64,000 nucleotides of DNA from Bacillota bacterium (GTDB lineage: Bacteria; Bacillota; Limnochordia; DTU080; JAAYLA01), in assembly GCA_012522135.1 (NCBI GenBank), contig JAAYLA010000375.1:20309-84308 (forward strand). Direction: 5' to 3'. The notes beneath the pieces were generated by a model. The model searched no databases. It had not been told where the DNA came from and was given only the letters and a program-made list of their open reading frames with translations. Below, piece after piece: positions 57,469-64,000 of this stretch; the stretch's first letter is position 1; every line of letters starts with the position of its first letter. The translations under genes and the position numbers were made by a program.

Positions 57469-57654
57469 CTACCAGGACGCCTTCGTCACCCCGGGGATCT
57501 CACCGCGGTGCGCCAAGGTCCTGAAGCAAACGCGGCACATATCAAACCGACGCATATATGCCCGCGGCCGGCCACAGATGCGGCAGCGGTTTACATGGCG
57601 GGTAGAATATTTCGGCTCCCGCCTGGCGCGTACGATCTTCGACTTGCTGGCCAA
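57469..57654 (-). CDS. rpsZ: 30S ribosomal protein S14 type Z (zinc-binding)
   Basis: ...[38 protein letters not shown]; the probable TTG start after GAGAGGTGG gives 61 aa. Confidence 0.85.
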   Translation of the reverse strand: MASKSKIVRARREPKYSTRHVNRCRICGRPRAYMRRFDMCRVCFRTLAHRGEIPGVTKASW

Positions 57655-57691
57655 AGGGCCCACCTCTCTTTAGTTATCGCATGGCAAAAAC

Positions 57692-58234
57692 TTACGCAGC
57701 ACGGAACGGCATGCCGAGCGCTTTCAACAGCTCGAATGCCTCTTCGTCCGTCTTCGCCGTCGTCACGATCGTAACGTCCATCCCGCGAATTTGCGAAACC
57801 TTGTCGTAGCTGATTTCGGGGAAGATCAGCTGTTCCCTCAGGCCGAGAGAGTAGTTGCCCCGGCCGTCGAAGGACTGCGGCGACACACCGCGAAAATCGC
57901 GGATGCGAGGCAGGCTGACGTTGATCAGCTTGTCGAGGAAGTCGTACATCCGCTGGCCCCGCAGTGTCACCTTGCAGCCGATCGGGTTGCCTTCGCGAAT
58001 CCTGAAGTTCGCAACCGACTTGCGCGCCCGGGTGATCATCGGCCGCTGGCCGGTAATCATGGCGAGGTCTTCCATGGCCGAATCGAGCGCCTTGCTGTCG
58101 TGCGCTCCTTCGCCGACCCCCATGTTCACTACGACCTTAACAAGTCGCGGGACTTGATTTACGTTCTTGTATCCAAAGCGTTCACGCAGTGCGGGAACGA
58201 CCTCGTTAATGTAGCGTTCCTTCAACCGAGACAC
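57692..58234 (-). CDS. rplE: 50S ribosomal protein L5
   Basis: GTG start gives [16 protein letters not shown]..., cf. the L5 N-terminus MNRLKEKY. Confidence 0.9.
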   Translation of the reverse strand: MSRLKERYINEVVPALRERFGYKNVNQVPRLVKVVVNMGVGEGAHDSKALDSAMEDLAMITGQRPMITRARKSVANFRIREGNPIGCKVTLRGQRMYDFLDKLINVSLPRIRDFRGVSPQSFDGRGNYSLGLREQLIFPEISYDKVSQIRGMDVTIVTTAKTDEEAFELLKALGMPFRAA

Positions 58235-58248
58235 GGCCGCCAAGCCCC

Positions 58249-58569
58249 CTAATCGATGCTCTTGCCGCAACGGCGGCAAACTCGGCGCAGGGCCCCTTCT
58301 TCACTCCGCTCGCGCTTCGCCCGAGTGGGCTTATCGCAGGAGGGGCACACGAGCGCCACTTTGGAAGTGTGGATCGGCCCTGGCTGCTCGACCACGCCAC
58401 CTTGTGGATTTTGCCGCGTCGGGCGGGTGTGGCGCTTGATGATGTTGATGCCGTCGACGATGACCCGGCTCTCTCGCGGCCTAACTTCCAATACCCGGCC
58501 GGTCCTGCCTTTGTCGACGCCCCAGAGCACCTGGACCAGATCGCCTTTCTTGACATGAACTTTCGCCAT
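58249..58569 (-). CDS. rplX: 50S ribosomal protein L24
   Basis: [29 protein letters not shown]... (KOW). Confidence 0.95.
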   Translation of the reverse strand: MAKVHVKKGDLVQVLWGVDKGRTGRVLEVRPRESRVIVDGINIIKRHTRPTRQNPQGGVVEQPGPIHTSKVALVCPSCDKPTRAKRERSEEGALRRVCRRCGKSID

Positions 58570-58688
58570 CGGCCTTTACGACCTCCTAAGGACTTCGCCA
58601 AGCGTCCCTCGCGACCGCCCAAGACGATCGCCGGCACGGCCTGGCCCATCCCCTCTTCCTTGCACCGCCCCGTTGCCGAAGCGACGGC

Positions 58689-59057
58689 TTAGATCACTTC
58701 CGGGGCAAGTGAGATGATGCGCATAAAGTCCTTCTCTCGCAGCTCTCTGGGGACGGGCCCGAAGATGCGCGTGCCGCGCGGCGCTTTCTGCTCGTTAATG
58801 ATTACGGCAGCGTTGTCGTCAAACCGGATGTAGGAGCCGTCCGGACGCCGATGCGCCTTCTTGCAACGGACGACGACCGCCCTTACGACGTCGCCCTTCT
58901 TGACGACTCCGCCGGGAGCTGCCTCTTTCACCGTGGCCACGATGATGTCTCCCACGCCGGCGTACTTGCGGTTCGATCCTCCCAGCACCGAAATGCAGAG
59001 AAGCTCCTTTGCCCCCGAGTTGTCGGCCACTTTGAGCCTTGACTCCTTTTGAATCAT
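58689..59057 (-). CDS. rplN: 50S ribosomal protein L14
   Basis: [22 protein letters not shown]... Confidence 0.95.
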   Translation of the reverse strand: MIQKESRLKVADNSGAKELLCISVLGGSNRKYAGVGDIIVATVKEAAPGGVVKKGDVVRAVVVRCKKAHRRPDGSYIRFDDNAAVIINEQKAPRGTRIFGPVPRELREKDFMRIISLAPEVI

Positions 59058-59075
59058 CGGAAGCGTCCTCCCTTT

Positions 59076-59345
59076 CTACTCGGCTCTCTGAAGAATCTCG
59101 ACCACACGCCAGCGCTTATCCTTCGAGAGTGGCCGCGTCTCCATGATGCGAACGCGGTCTCCGACGCGGCACTGGTTTTGCTCGTCGTGCACCTTGTACT
59201 TCTTCGTCCGGCGCACTCTCTTGCCGTAAAGCTTGTGCCTGACGATCCGCTCGACCGCCACGACACACGTCTTATCCATCTTATCCGAAACGACGACCCC
59301 CACACGCGTCTTGCGTATATTGCGGGTCTGCGGTTGCTCAGACAT
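59076..59345 (-). CDS. rpsQ: 30S ribosomal protein S17
   Basis: ...[27 protein letters not shown]... Confidence 0.95.
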   Translation of the reverse strand: MSEQPQTRNIRKTRVGVVVSDKMDKTCVVAVERIVRHKLYGKRVRRTKKYKVHDEQNQCRVGDRVRIMETRPLSKDKRWRVVEILQRAE

Positions 59346-59365
59346 GTTCGCCCAGCCTCCTTACC

Positions 59366-59569
59366 TTACGCCCTCTGCAGGCCGAGTTCACGCTCTCGCA
59401 TGATGGTCTTCACCCGGGCGATGTCTTTACGCACCTCACGGATGCGCATCGGATTGTCGAGCTGACCGGTTGCTGCCTGGAAACGGAGATTGAACAGTTC
59501 TTCCTTCAGGTCAGCAAGCTTCCGCTCCAGTTCGGCGCTGCTCAAATCGCGAAAAGCTTTCGCCTTCAT
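59366..59569 (-). CDS. rpmC: 50S ribosomal protein L29
   Basis: [31 protein letters not shown]... Confidence 0.95.
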   Translation of the reverse strand: MKAKAFRDLSSAELERKLADLKEELFNLRFQAATGQLDNPMRIREVRKDIARVKTIMRERELGLQRA

Positions 59570-59997
59570 TACGAGTCACCACCCGCGAGATCTTGCCTCA
59601 CAACGATCTTCGTGGCGATCGGAAGCTTGTGTGAGGCCAAGCGCAAGGCCTCCCGCGCCACCTCTTCCCGCACGCCGGCCAGTTCAAACATGATCCGACC
59701 GGGCTTGACGACAGCCACTCAGTACTCGGGAGCGCCCTTACCCGAACCCATGCGCACCTCGGCGGGCTTCTTGGTCACGGGCTTGTCGGGAAAGATCTTG
59801 ATCCAAACCTTTCCGCCACGGCGAATGTGACGCGTCATCGCCACACGGGCCGCCTCGATCTGCCGGTTGGTAATCCAGCCGGGCTCCAGGGCCTGCAATC
59901 CGTAGTCACCAAAGGTGAGCTGATTTCCTCGCAGGGCCTTTCCGGTTCTACGGCCTCGGTGCACGCGGCGGTACTTGACACGCTTCGGTATCAGCAC
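59569..59997 (-). CDS. rplP: 50S ribosomal protein L16, interrupted by an in-frame TGA (59719-59721) at the conserved Trp codon
   Basis: N-terminal 92 aa [11 protein letters not shown]...GSGKGAPEY, then TGA, then in-frame [49 protein letters not shown] to a TAA at 59569-59571. Every L16 has Trp here (B. subtilis ...GKGAPEGWVAVVKPG...). Confidence 0.75.
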
Positions 59998-60000
59998 GGC

Positions 60001-60669
60001 CTACTCCACTCCTTGCTCGGCAGCTTCCTTCTGCTTCTTTTCGGGAAGCACTTCGCCCTTATAAATCCATACCTTGACGCCGATCTGCCCGTACGTCGTC
60101 TTTGCCTCGGCGAAGCCGTAGTCGATGTCGGCCCGCAGGGTGTGCAGCGGGACGCTTCCCTCCGGCGTCCACTCGGTCCGCGCGATCTCCGCCCCGCCCA
60201 GTCGACCGGAGACCCGGATCTTCACGCCGAGGGCTCCGGCGCGCATGGTGCGCTGTTGGGCCTGGCGCATCGCCCGCCGGAACGAGACCCTGCGCTGCAA
60301 CTGGAAGGCGATGTTCTCCGCAACCAGCTGCGCGTCGAGCTCGGGCACCTTGATCTCCACGATGTTGATCTGCACCTGCTTACCGGTCATCGCCTCGAGC
60401 TCTCTACGCACCCTGTCGACCTCTTGACCGCCCTTGCCGATGACCATGCCCGGCCGCGCCGTGTGGATGATCACCTTCACGCGGTTGGCCGCCCGCTCCA
60501 GCTCGATGGTGGAGACACCGGCCGTGAAGAACCTCTGCTTAATGTAGTGGCGAATGAGCAGGTCCTCGTGGAGAAGATCGGCATATTCCTTCTTGTTGGC
60601 GTACCAGCGACCTTTCCAGTCTTTGATTACGCCCAAACGAAATCCGTAAGGGTGTACTTTCTGACCCAA
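60001..60669 (-). CDS. rpsC: 30S ribosomal protein S3
   Basis: [29 protein letters not shown]... (KH domain). Confidence 0.95.
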   Translation of the reverse strand: MGQKVHPYGFRLGVIKDWKGRWYANKKEYADLLHEDLLIRHYIKQRFFTAGVSTIELERAANRVKVIIHTARPGMVIGKGGQEVDRVRRELEAMTGKQVQINIVEIKVPELDAQLVAENIAFQLQRRVSFRRAMRQAQQRTMRAGALGVKIRVSGRLGGAEIARTEWTPEGSVPLHTLRADIDYGFAEAKTTYGQIGVKVWIYKGEVLPEKKQKEAAEQGVE

Positions 60670-60689
60670 GTCATTTCCTCCCTCTCTCC

Positions 60690-61025
60690 TTACTCCCGCT
60701 CCGCCAAAACCACCGTAATGTGGCTGGTCCGTTTACGGATCCGGTCGGCCATGCCGCGTGCCCTGGGACGGATCCGCTTCCAGGTGGGACCTTCGTCGAC
60801 GTAGATCTTCGCGATGTACAGGTCGTCACGGTTCATATCGAAGTTGTTCTCGGCGTTGGCCGCAGCTGACTCGACCACTTTGTAGACCGGCGTTGCGGCC
60901 TTGTTCGGCATGAACCGCAAGATGTTCAGTGCCTCTCCCACAGGCTTGCCGCGCACCAAATCGACGACTTGGCGGGCTCTGCGGGGAGAGATCCGGACAT
61001 GTTTTGCTACTGCCCTAGACTCCAT
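60690..61025 (-). CDS. rplV: 50S ribosomal protein L22
   Basis: [27 protein letters not shown]... Confidence 0.95.
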   Translation of the reverse strand: MESRAVAKHVRISPRRARQVVDLVRGKPVGEALNILRFMPNKAATPVYKVVESAAANAENNFDMNRDDLYIAKIYVDEGPTWKRIRPRARGMADRIRKRTSHITVVLAERE

Positions 61026-61042
61026 CCTTCTCGCCTCCGCCT

Positions 61043-61327
61043 TTATCTTACACCCGTGCGCCGCTCGGTCTGGCCGGCGTGCCCGCGGAATGTCCTCGTG
61101 GGAGCGAACTCACCCAACTTGTGGCCCACCATGTCCTCGGTGATGTAGATGGGTACGTGTTTCCTCCCGTCGTATACCGCAATGGTGTGGCCCACCATCT
61201 CCGGAAAGATCGTGGAGGCCCGAGACCACGTCCTGATTACGCGCTTTTCGCCGGACTCATTCATCTGCCGAATCTTCTTCAAAAGACTCGGATGGGCGTA
61301 TGGGCCCTTCTTCGAAGAGCGTCCCAT
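61043..61327 (-). CDS. rpsS: 30S ribosomal protein S19
   Basis: [19 protein letters not shown]... Confidence 0.95.
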   Translation of the reverse strand: MGRSSKKGPYAHPSLLKKIRQMNESGEKRVIRTWSRASTIFPEMVGHTIAVYDGRKHVPIYITEDMVGHKLGEFAPTRTFRGHAGQTERRTGVR

Positions 61328-61345
61328 CGTTCGACCTCCTCTCCG

Positions 61346-62176
61346 CTACCGCTTACGACGCCGCACGATCAGAGCGTCGGACTTCTTACCCTTCTTGCGC
61401 GTCCTGACGCCCAAAGTCGGCTTGCCCCAGGGCGTCACGGGACTCGGCATGCCGATCGGCGAGTGGCCTTCGCCGCCGCCGTGCGGGTGATCGACCGGGT
61501 TCATCGCCAGACCCCGTGTGTGCGGCCTGCGTCCCAGGTAGCGCTTCCGCCCTGCCTTACCGAGAACGATGTTCTCGTGCTCGACGTTGCCGACCTGTCC
61601 GATCGTCGCGCGGCATTCCTGGAGCACCATCCGGAATTCGCCGGACGGCAGCCTGACCGTGGCGTACTTTCCTTCCTTGGCCATCAGCTGCGCCGCGGCT
61701 CCGGCTGAACGCACAAGCTGCGCTCCCTTGCCCGGACGCATCTCGATATTGTGCACAACCGTGCCGACCGGAATGTTGCGGAGCGGCAAAGCGTTGCCCG
61801 GCTTGATGTCCGCGTCAGGTCCCGATACGACCGTGTCACCGACGTTCAGGCCAACCGGGGCGAGGATGTAGCGCTTCTCCCCATCCGCGTAATGGAGCAA
61901 GGCGATGCGAGCCGAACGGTTCGGATCGTACTCGATGGCGGCGACCTTGGCCGGTACCCCGTCTTTATCGCGCCGGAAGTCGATCACACGGTAACGCCGC
62001 TTATGACCGCCTCCGCGGAAACGAATTGTCGTCCGCCCCTGATTGTTTCGTCCACCCGTCGACCGAAGCGGCTGTAGGAGGCTTTTCTCAGGGGTCTTCT
62101 TCGTGATCTCGCTGAACGTGCTGACCGTCATCCCTCGACGGCCCGCCGAAGTCGGCTTGTACTTCTTAACCGGCAT
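61346..62176 (-). CDS. rplB: 50S ribosomal protein L2
   Basis: [26 protein letters not shown]... Confidence 0.95.
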   Translation of the reverse strand: MPVKKYKPTSAGRRGMTVSTFSEITKKTPEKSLLQPLRSTGGRNNQGRTTIRFRGGGHKRRYRVIDFRRDKDGVPAKVAAIEYDPNRSARIALLHYADGEKRYILAPVGLNVGDTVVSGPDADIKPGNALPLRNIPVGTVVHNIEMRPGKGAQLVRSAGAAAQLMAKEGKYATVRLPSGEFRMVLQECRATIGQVGNVEHENIVLGKAGRKRYLGRRPHTRGLAMNPVDHPHGGGEGHSPIGMPSPVTPWGKPTLGVRTRKKGKKSDALIVRRRKR

Positions 62177-62187
62177 GACGTAACCCC

Positions 62188-62472
62188 CTATAGACCCTCA
62201 AAGATTTCGATGCGGTCCCCTTCGGCCAGGGTGACGATGGCCCTCTTCCGCTCAGGTCTGCGTCCCTCGAACCGCCCCTGGCGCCGCACCTTCCCGCGGA
62301 TGCGCTGGGTGCTCACGTCCTTGACGGTCACGTTGAAGATCTTCTCGATCGCGTCCCGAATCTGGTGCTTGTTGGCTTCGAGTGCGACCTCAAAGGTGTA
62401 CTGATTTTCCTCCAATAGACGCGTGCTCTTCTCGGTCACAACAGGCCGAATGATGATATCGCGCGGATCCAT
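62188..62472 (-). CDS. rplW: 50S ribosomal protein L23
   Basis: [16 protein letters not shown]... Confidence 0.95.
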   Translation of the reverse strand: MDPRDIIIRPVVTEKSTRLLEENQYTFEVALEANKHQIRDAIEKIFNVTVKDVSTQRIRGKVRRQGRFEGRRPERKRAIVTLAEGDRIEIFEGL

Positions 62473-63095
62473 CAGGCGAACACCTCCTCGACCTGAGCAA
62501 CCCCGTCCTTCGTGATGACGAGCGTACGATACTTCAAAACGTCGTACGCGTTGATGCCCCTGGCCGGACGCAAGGCCACACCCGGCAAGTTCCGAGCGGA
62601 AAGTTCGACGTTCCGATCGGGCTGTGCCATGACAACGAGGGCCTTGTCGGAAGCGCCGACCGCCTTGAGCACCTCGGCCATACGCTTCGTCTTGATCTCA
62701 GGCAGCGAGAGCTGGTCTAACACGATCAAGTCGCCGGCCTTCACCTTTGCCGACAGGGCCGACTTCAGCGCTGCCCGCCGGACCTTCCGCGGCAGAGCCT
62801 GGCGGTAGCTGCGCGGCTTCGGCCCGAATACGACGCCGCCCCCTACCCAAATGGGCGACCGGATGCTGCCGTGGCGGGCCCGGCCGGTTCCCTTTTGCCT
62901 CCAGGGCTTGCGCCCACCGCCCCGGACCTCTCCGCGCGTCTTCGTCGACGCCGTTCCTTGCCTCCGGTTGGCTTCATACGCCACGATCGCCTGGTGAAGG
63001 AGGGGCTCGTTCACTTCGGTCCCGAAGATCTCGTCGCTTAGCTCGATCTCGCCGACCTGATTCCCTTCCATGTTGTACACGGGTACCTTAGGCAT
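62472..63095 (-). CDS. rplD: 50S ribosomal protein L4
   Basis: [25 protein letters not shown]... Confidence 0.95.
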   Translation of the reverse strand: MPKVPVYNMEGNQVGEIELSDEIFGTEVNEPLLHQAIVAYEANRRQGTASTKTRGEVRGGGRKPWRQKGTGRARHGSIRSPIWVGGGVVFGPKPRSYRQALPRKVRRAALKSALSAKVKAGDLIVLDQLSLPEIKTKRMAEVLKAVGASDKALVVMAQPDRNVELSARNLPGVALRPARGINAYDVLKYRTLVITKDGVAQVEEVFA

Positions 63096-63110
63096 TCCCG
63101 TATCCCCCTC

Positions 63111-63752
63111 TTACGCCTTGTTCTTCACGGTCTGCCGGATCAGCAACAAGGAACCTTTCGGTCCGGGTACGGATCCCGCAATCAACATGAGGTTCCTGTC
63201 GGCGTCAACGCGGACGACACGCAGACCTTGTACCGTGCGGCGAACACCGCCCATGCGCCCCGGCAACTTGCGGCCCTTGAACACGCGCGCGGGCCCGACC
63301 GAGTTCAAAGCACCCACGCCGCGGTGGTAGCGCGAACCGTGGCTCATCGCTCCCCGGCGCATGTTCCAGCGCTTGATGACGCCCTGGAAACCTTTCCCCT
63401 TCGTAACCCCGGTCACGTCGACGTACTCGCCGGGTGAGAAGATGTCCGCCTTCACTTCATCGCCAACGTTAAGAGCTTGAAAGTCTCCGCTGTCTTCTAC
63501 CCGCAGCTCCCGCAGGTAACGGGCCGGCTCGACCCCGGCTTTGGCGAAATGCCCCTTCAGCGGCTTGTTCACACGCTTCGGCCGGATCGCGCCGAACGCC
63601 AGCTGCACCGCCTCGTAGCCGTCCTTTTCGACAGTCTTGCGCTGCACGACCTTGCAGGGCCCGGCCTCGACAACGGTGACCGGCGTCAGCCGACCGTTTT
63701 CTTCGAATACCTGGGTCATGCCCAACTTGCGGCCCAGAATTCCCTTCGGCAT
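63111..63752 (-). CDS. rplC: 50S ribosomal protein L3
   Basis: [33 protein letters not shown]... Confidence 0.95.
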   Translation of the reverse strand: MPKGILGRKLGMTQVFEENGRLTPVTVVEAGPCKVVQRKTVEKDGYEAVQLAFGAIRPKRVNKPLKGHFAKAGVEPARYLRELRVEDSGDFQALNVGDEVKADIFSPGEYVDVTGVTKGKGFQGVIKRWNMRRGAMSHGSRYHRGVGALNSVGPARVFKGRKLPGRMGGVRRTVQGLRVVRVDADRNLMLIAGSVPGPKGSLLLIRQTVKNKA

Positions 63753-63767
63753 CCCTGGTCCTCCGTT

Positions 63768-64000
63768 CTATAGCTTAATCTCGATGTCGACGCCAGCCGG
63801 CAGGTCGAGACGCATGAGTGCGTCGACCGTCTTTGCAGTCGGCTCCAAAATGTCGATTAGCCGCTTGTGCGTCCGCATCTCAAACTGCTCACGCGAGTCT
63901 TTGTGCACGTGAGGCGAACGGAGAACGGTAAACACGTTCCGTTCGGTTGGCAGCGGCACGGGCCCCGAAACGAGGGCACCGGTCCGCTTCGCCGTCTCGA
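63768..64000 (-). CDS. rpsJ: 30S ribosomal protein S10, C-terminal part (gene start lies beyond the window end)
   Basis: ...[43 protein letters not shown], typical S10 C-terminus. Confidence 0.9.
   Translation of the reverse strand, partial: ETAKRTGALVSGPVPLPTERNVFTVLRSPHVHKDSREQFEMRTHKRLIDILEPTAKTVDALMRLDLPAGVDIEIKL

Overview
This is a high-GC (~68%), gene-dense bacterial chromosomal window with a thermophilic Firmicute-like gene order. It contains six recognisable blocks.

1. A complete NADH:quinone oxidoreductase (complex I) operon on the minus strand, nuoA to nuoK plus the first ~63 codons of nuoL, including nuoEFG.
2. The addB-addA helicase-nuclease genes. A small single-pass membrane ORF overlaps the addB start by ATGA.
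3. An accessory-like stretch. It holds a DapA-like aldolase, an NAD-dependent epimerase, a Zn-ribbon protein, a LysM protein, YigZ, endonuclease III, two small secreted proteins, a TPR protein with a degenerate HD-GYP domain, thyA-folA and lepB.
4. An SOS mutagenesis cassette, imuB-like plus dnaE2. A TTGATC(-35)-16 nt-TATAAT(-10) promoter and two Cheo-type LexA boxes precede it.
5. A putative nitrosative-stress / denitrification island. It has two DUF2249 small proteins, two paralogous 12-TM NnrS-like membrane proteins, a stand-alone DUF59 Fe-S protein, a CRP-like (Crp/Fnr-family) regulator with TGTGA-N6-TCACA palindromes, and a cupredoxin-fused copper nitrite reductase (nirK). An RND transporter follows.
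6. A complete inverted S10-spc-alpha ribosomal cluster, rpsJ to rplQ, with secY, adk, map, infA, rpmJ and rpoA, followed by ecfA1A2T, truA, rplM and rpsI.

Two anomalies stand out. The three ECF transporter genes (ecfA1, ecfA2, ecfT) are fused into one 769-aa ORF. rplP carries an in-frame TGA at the universally conserved Trp codon.

No CRISPR array, rRNA or tRNA was recognised. The many opposite-strand ORFs in the track are GC-driven shadow ORFs.
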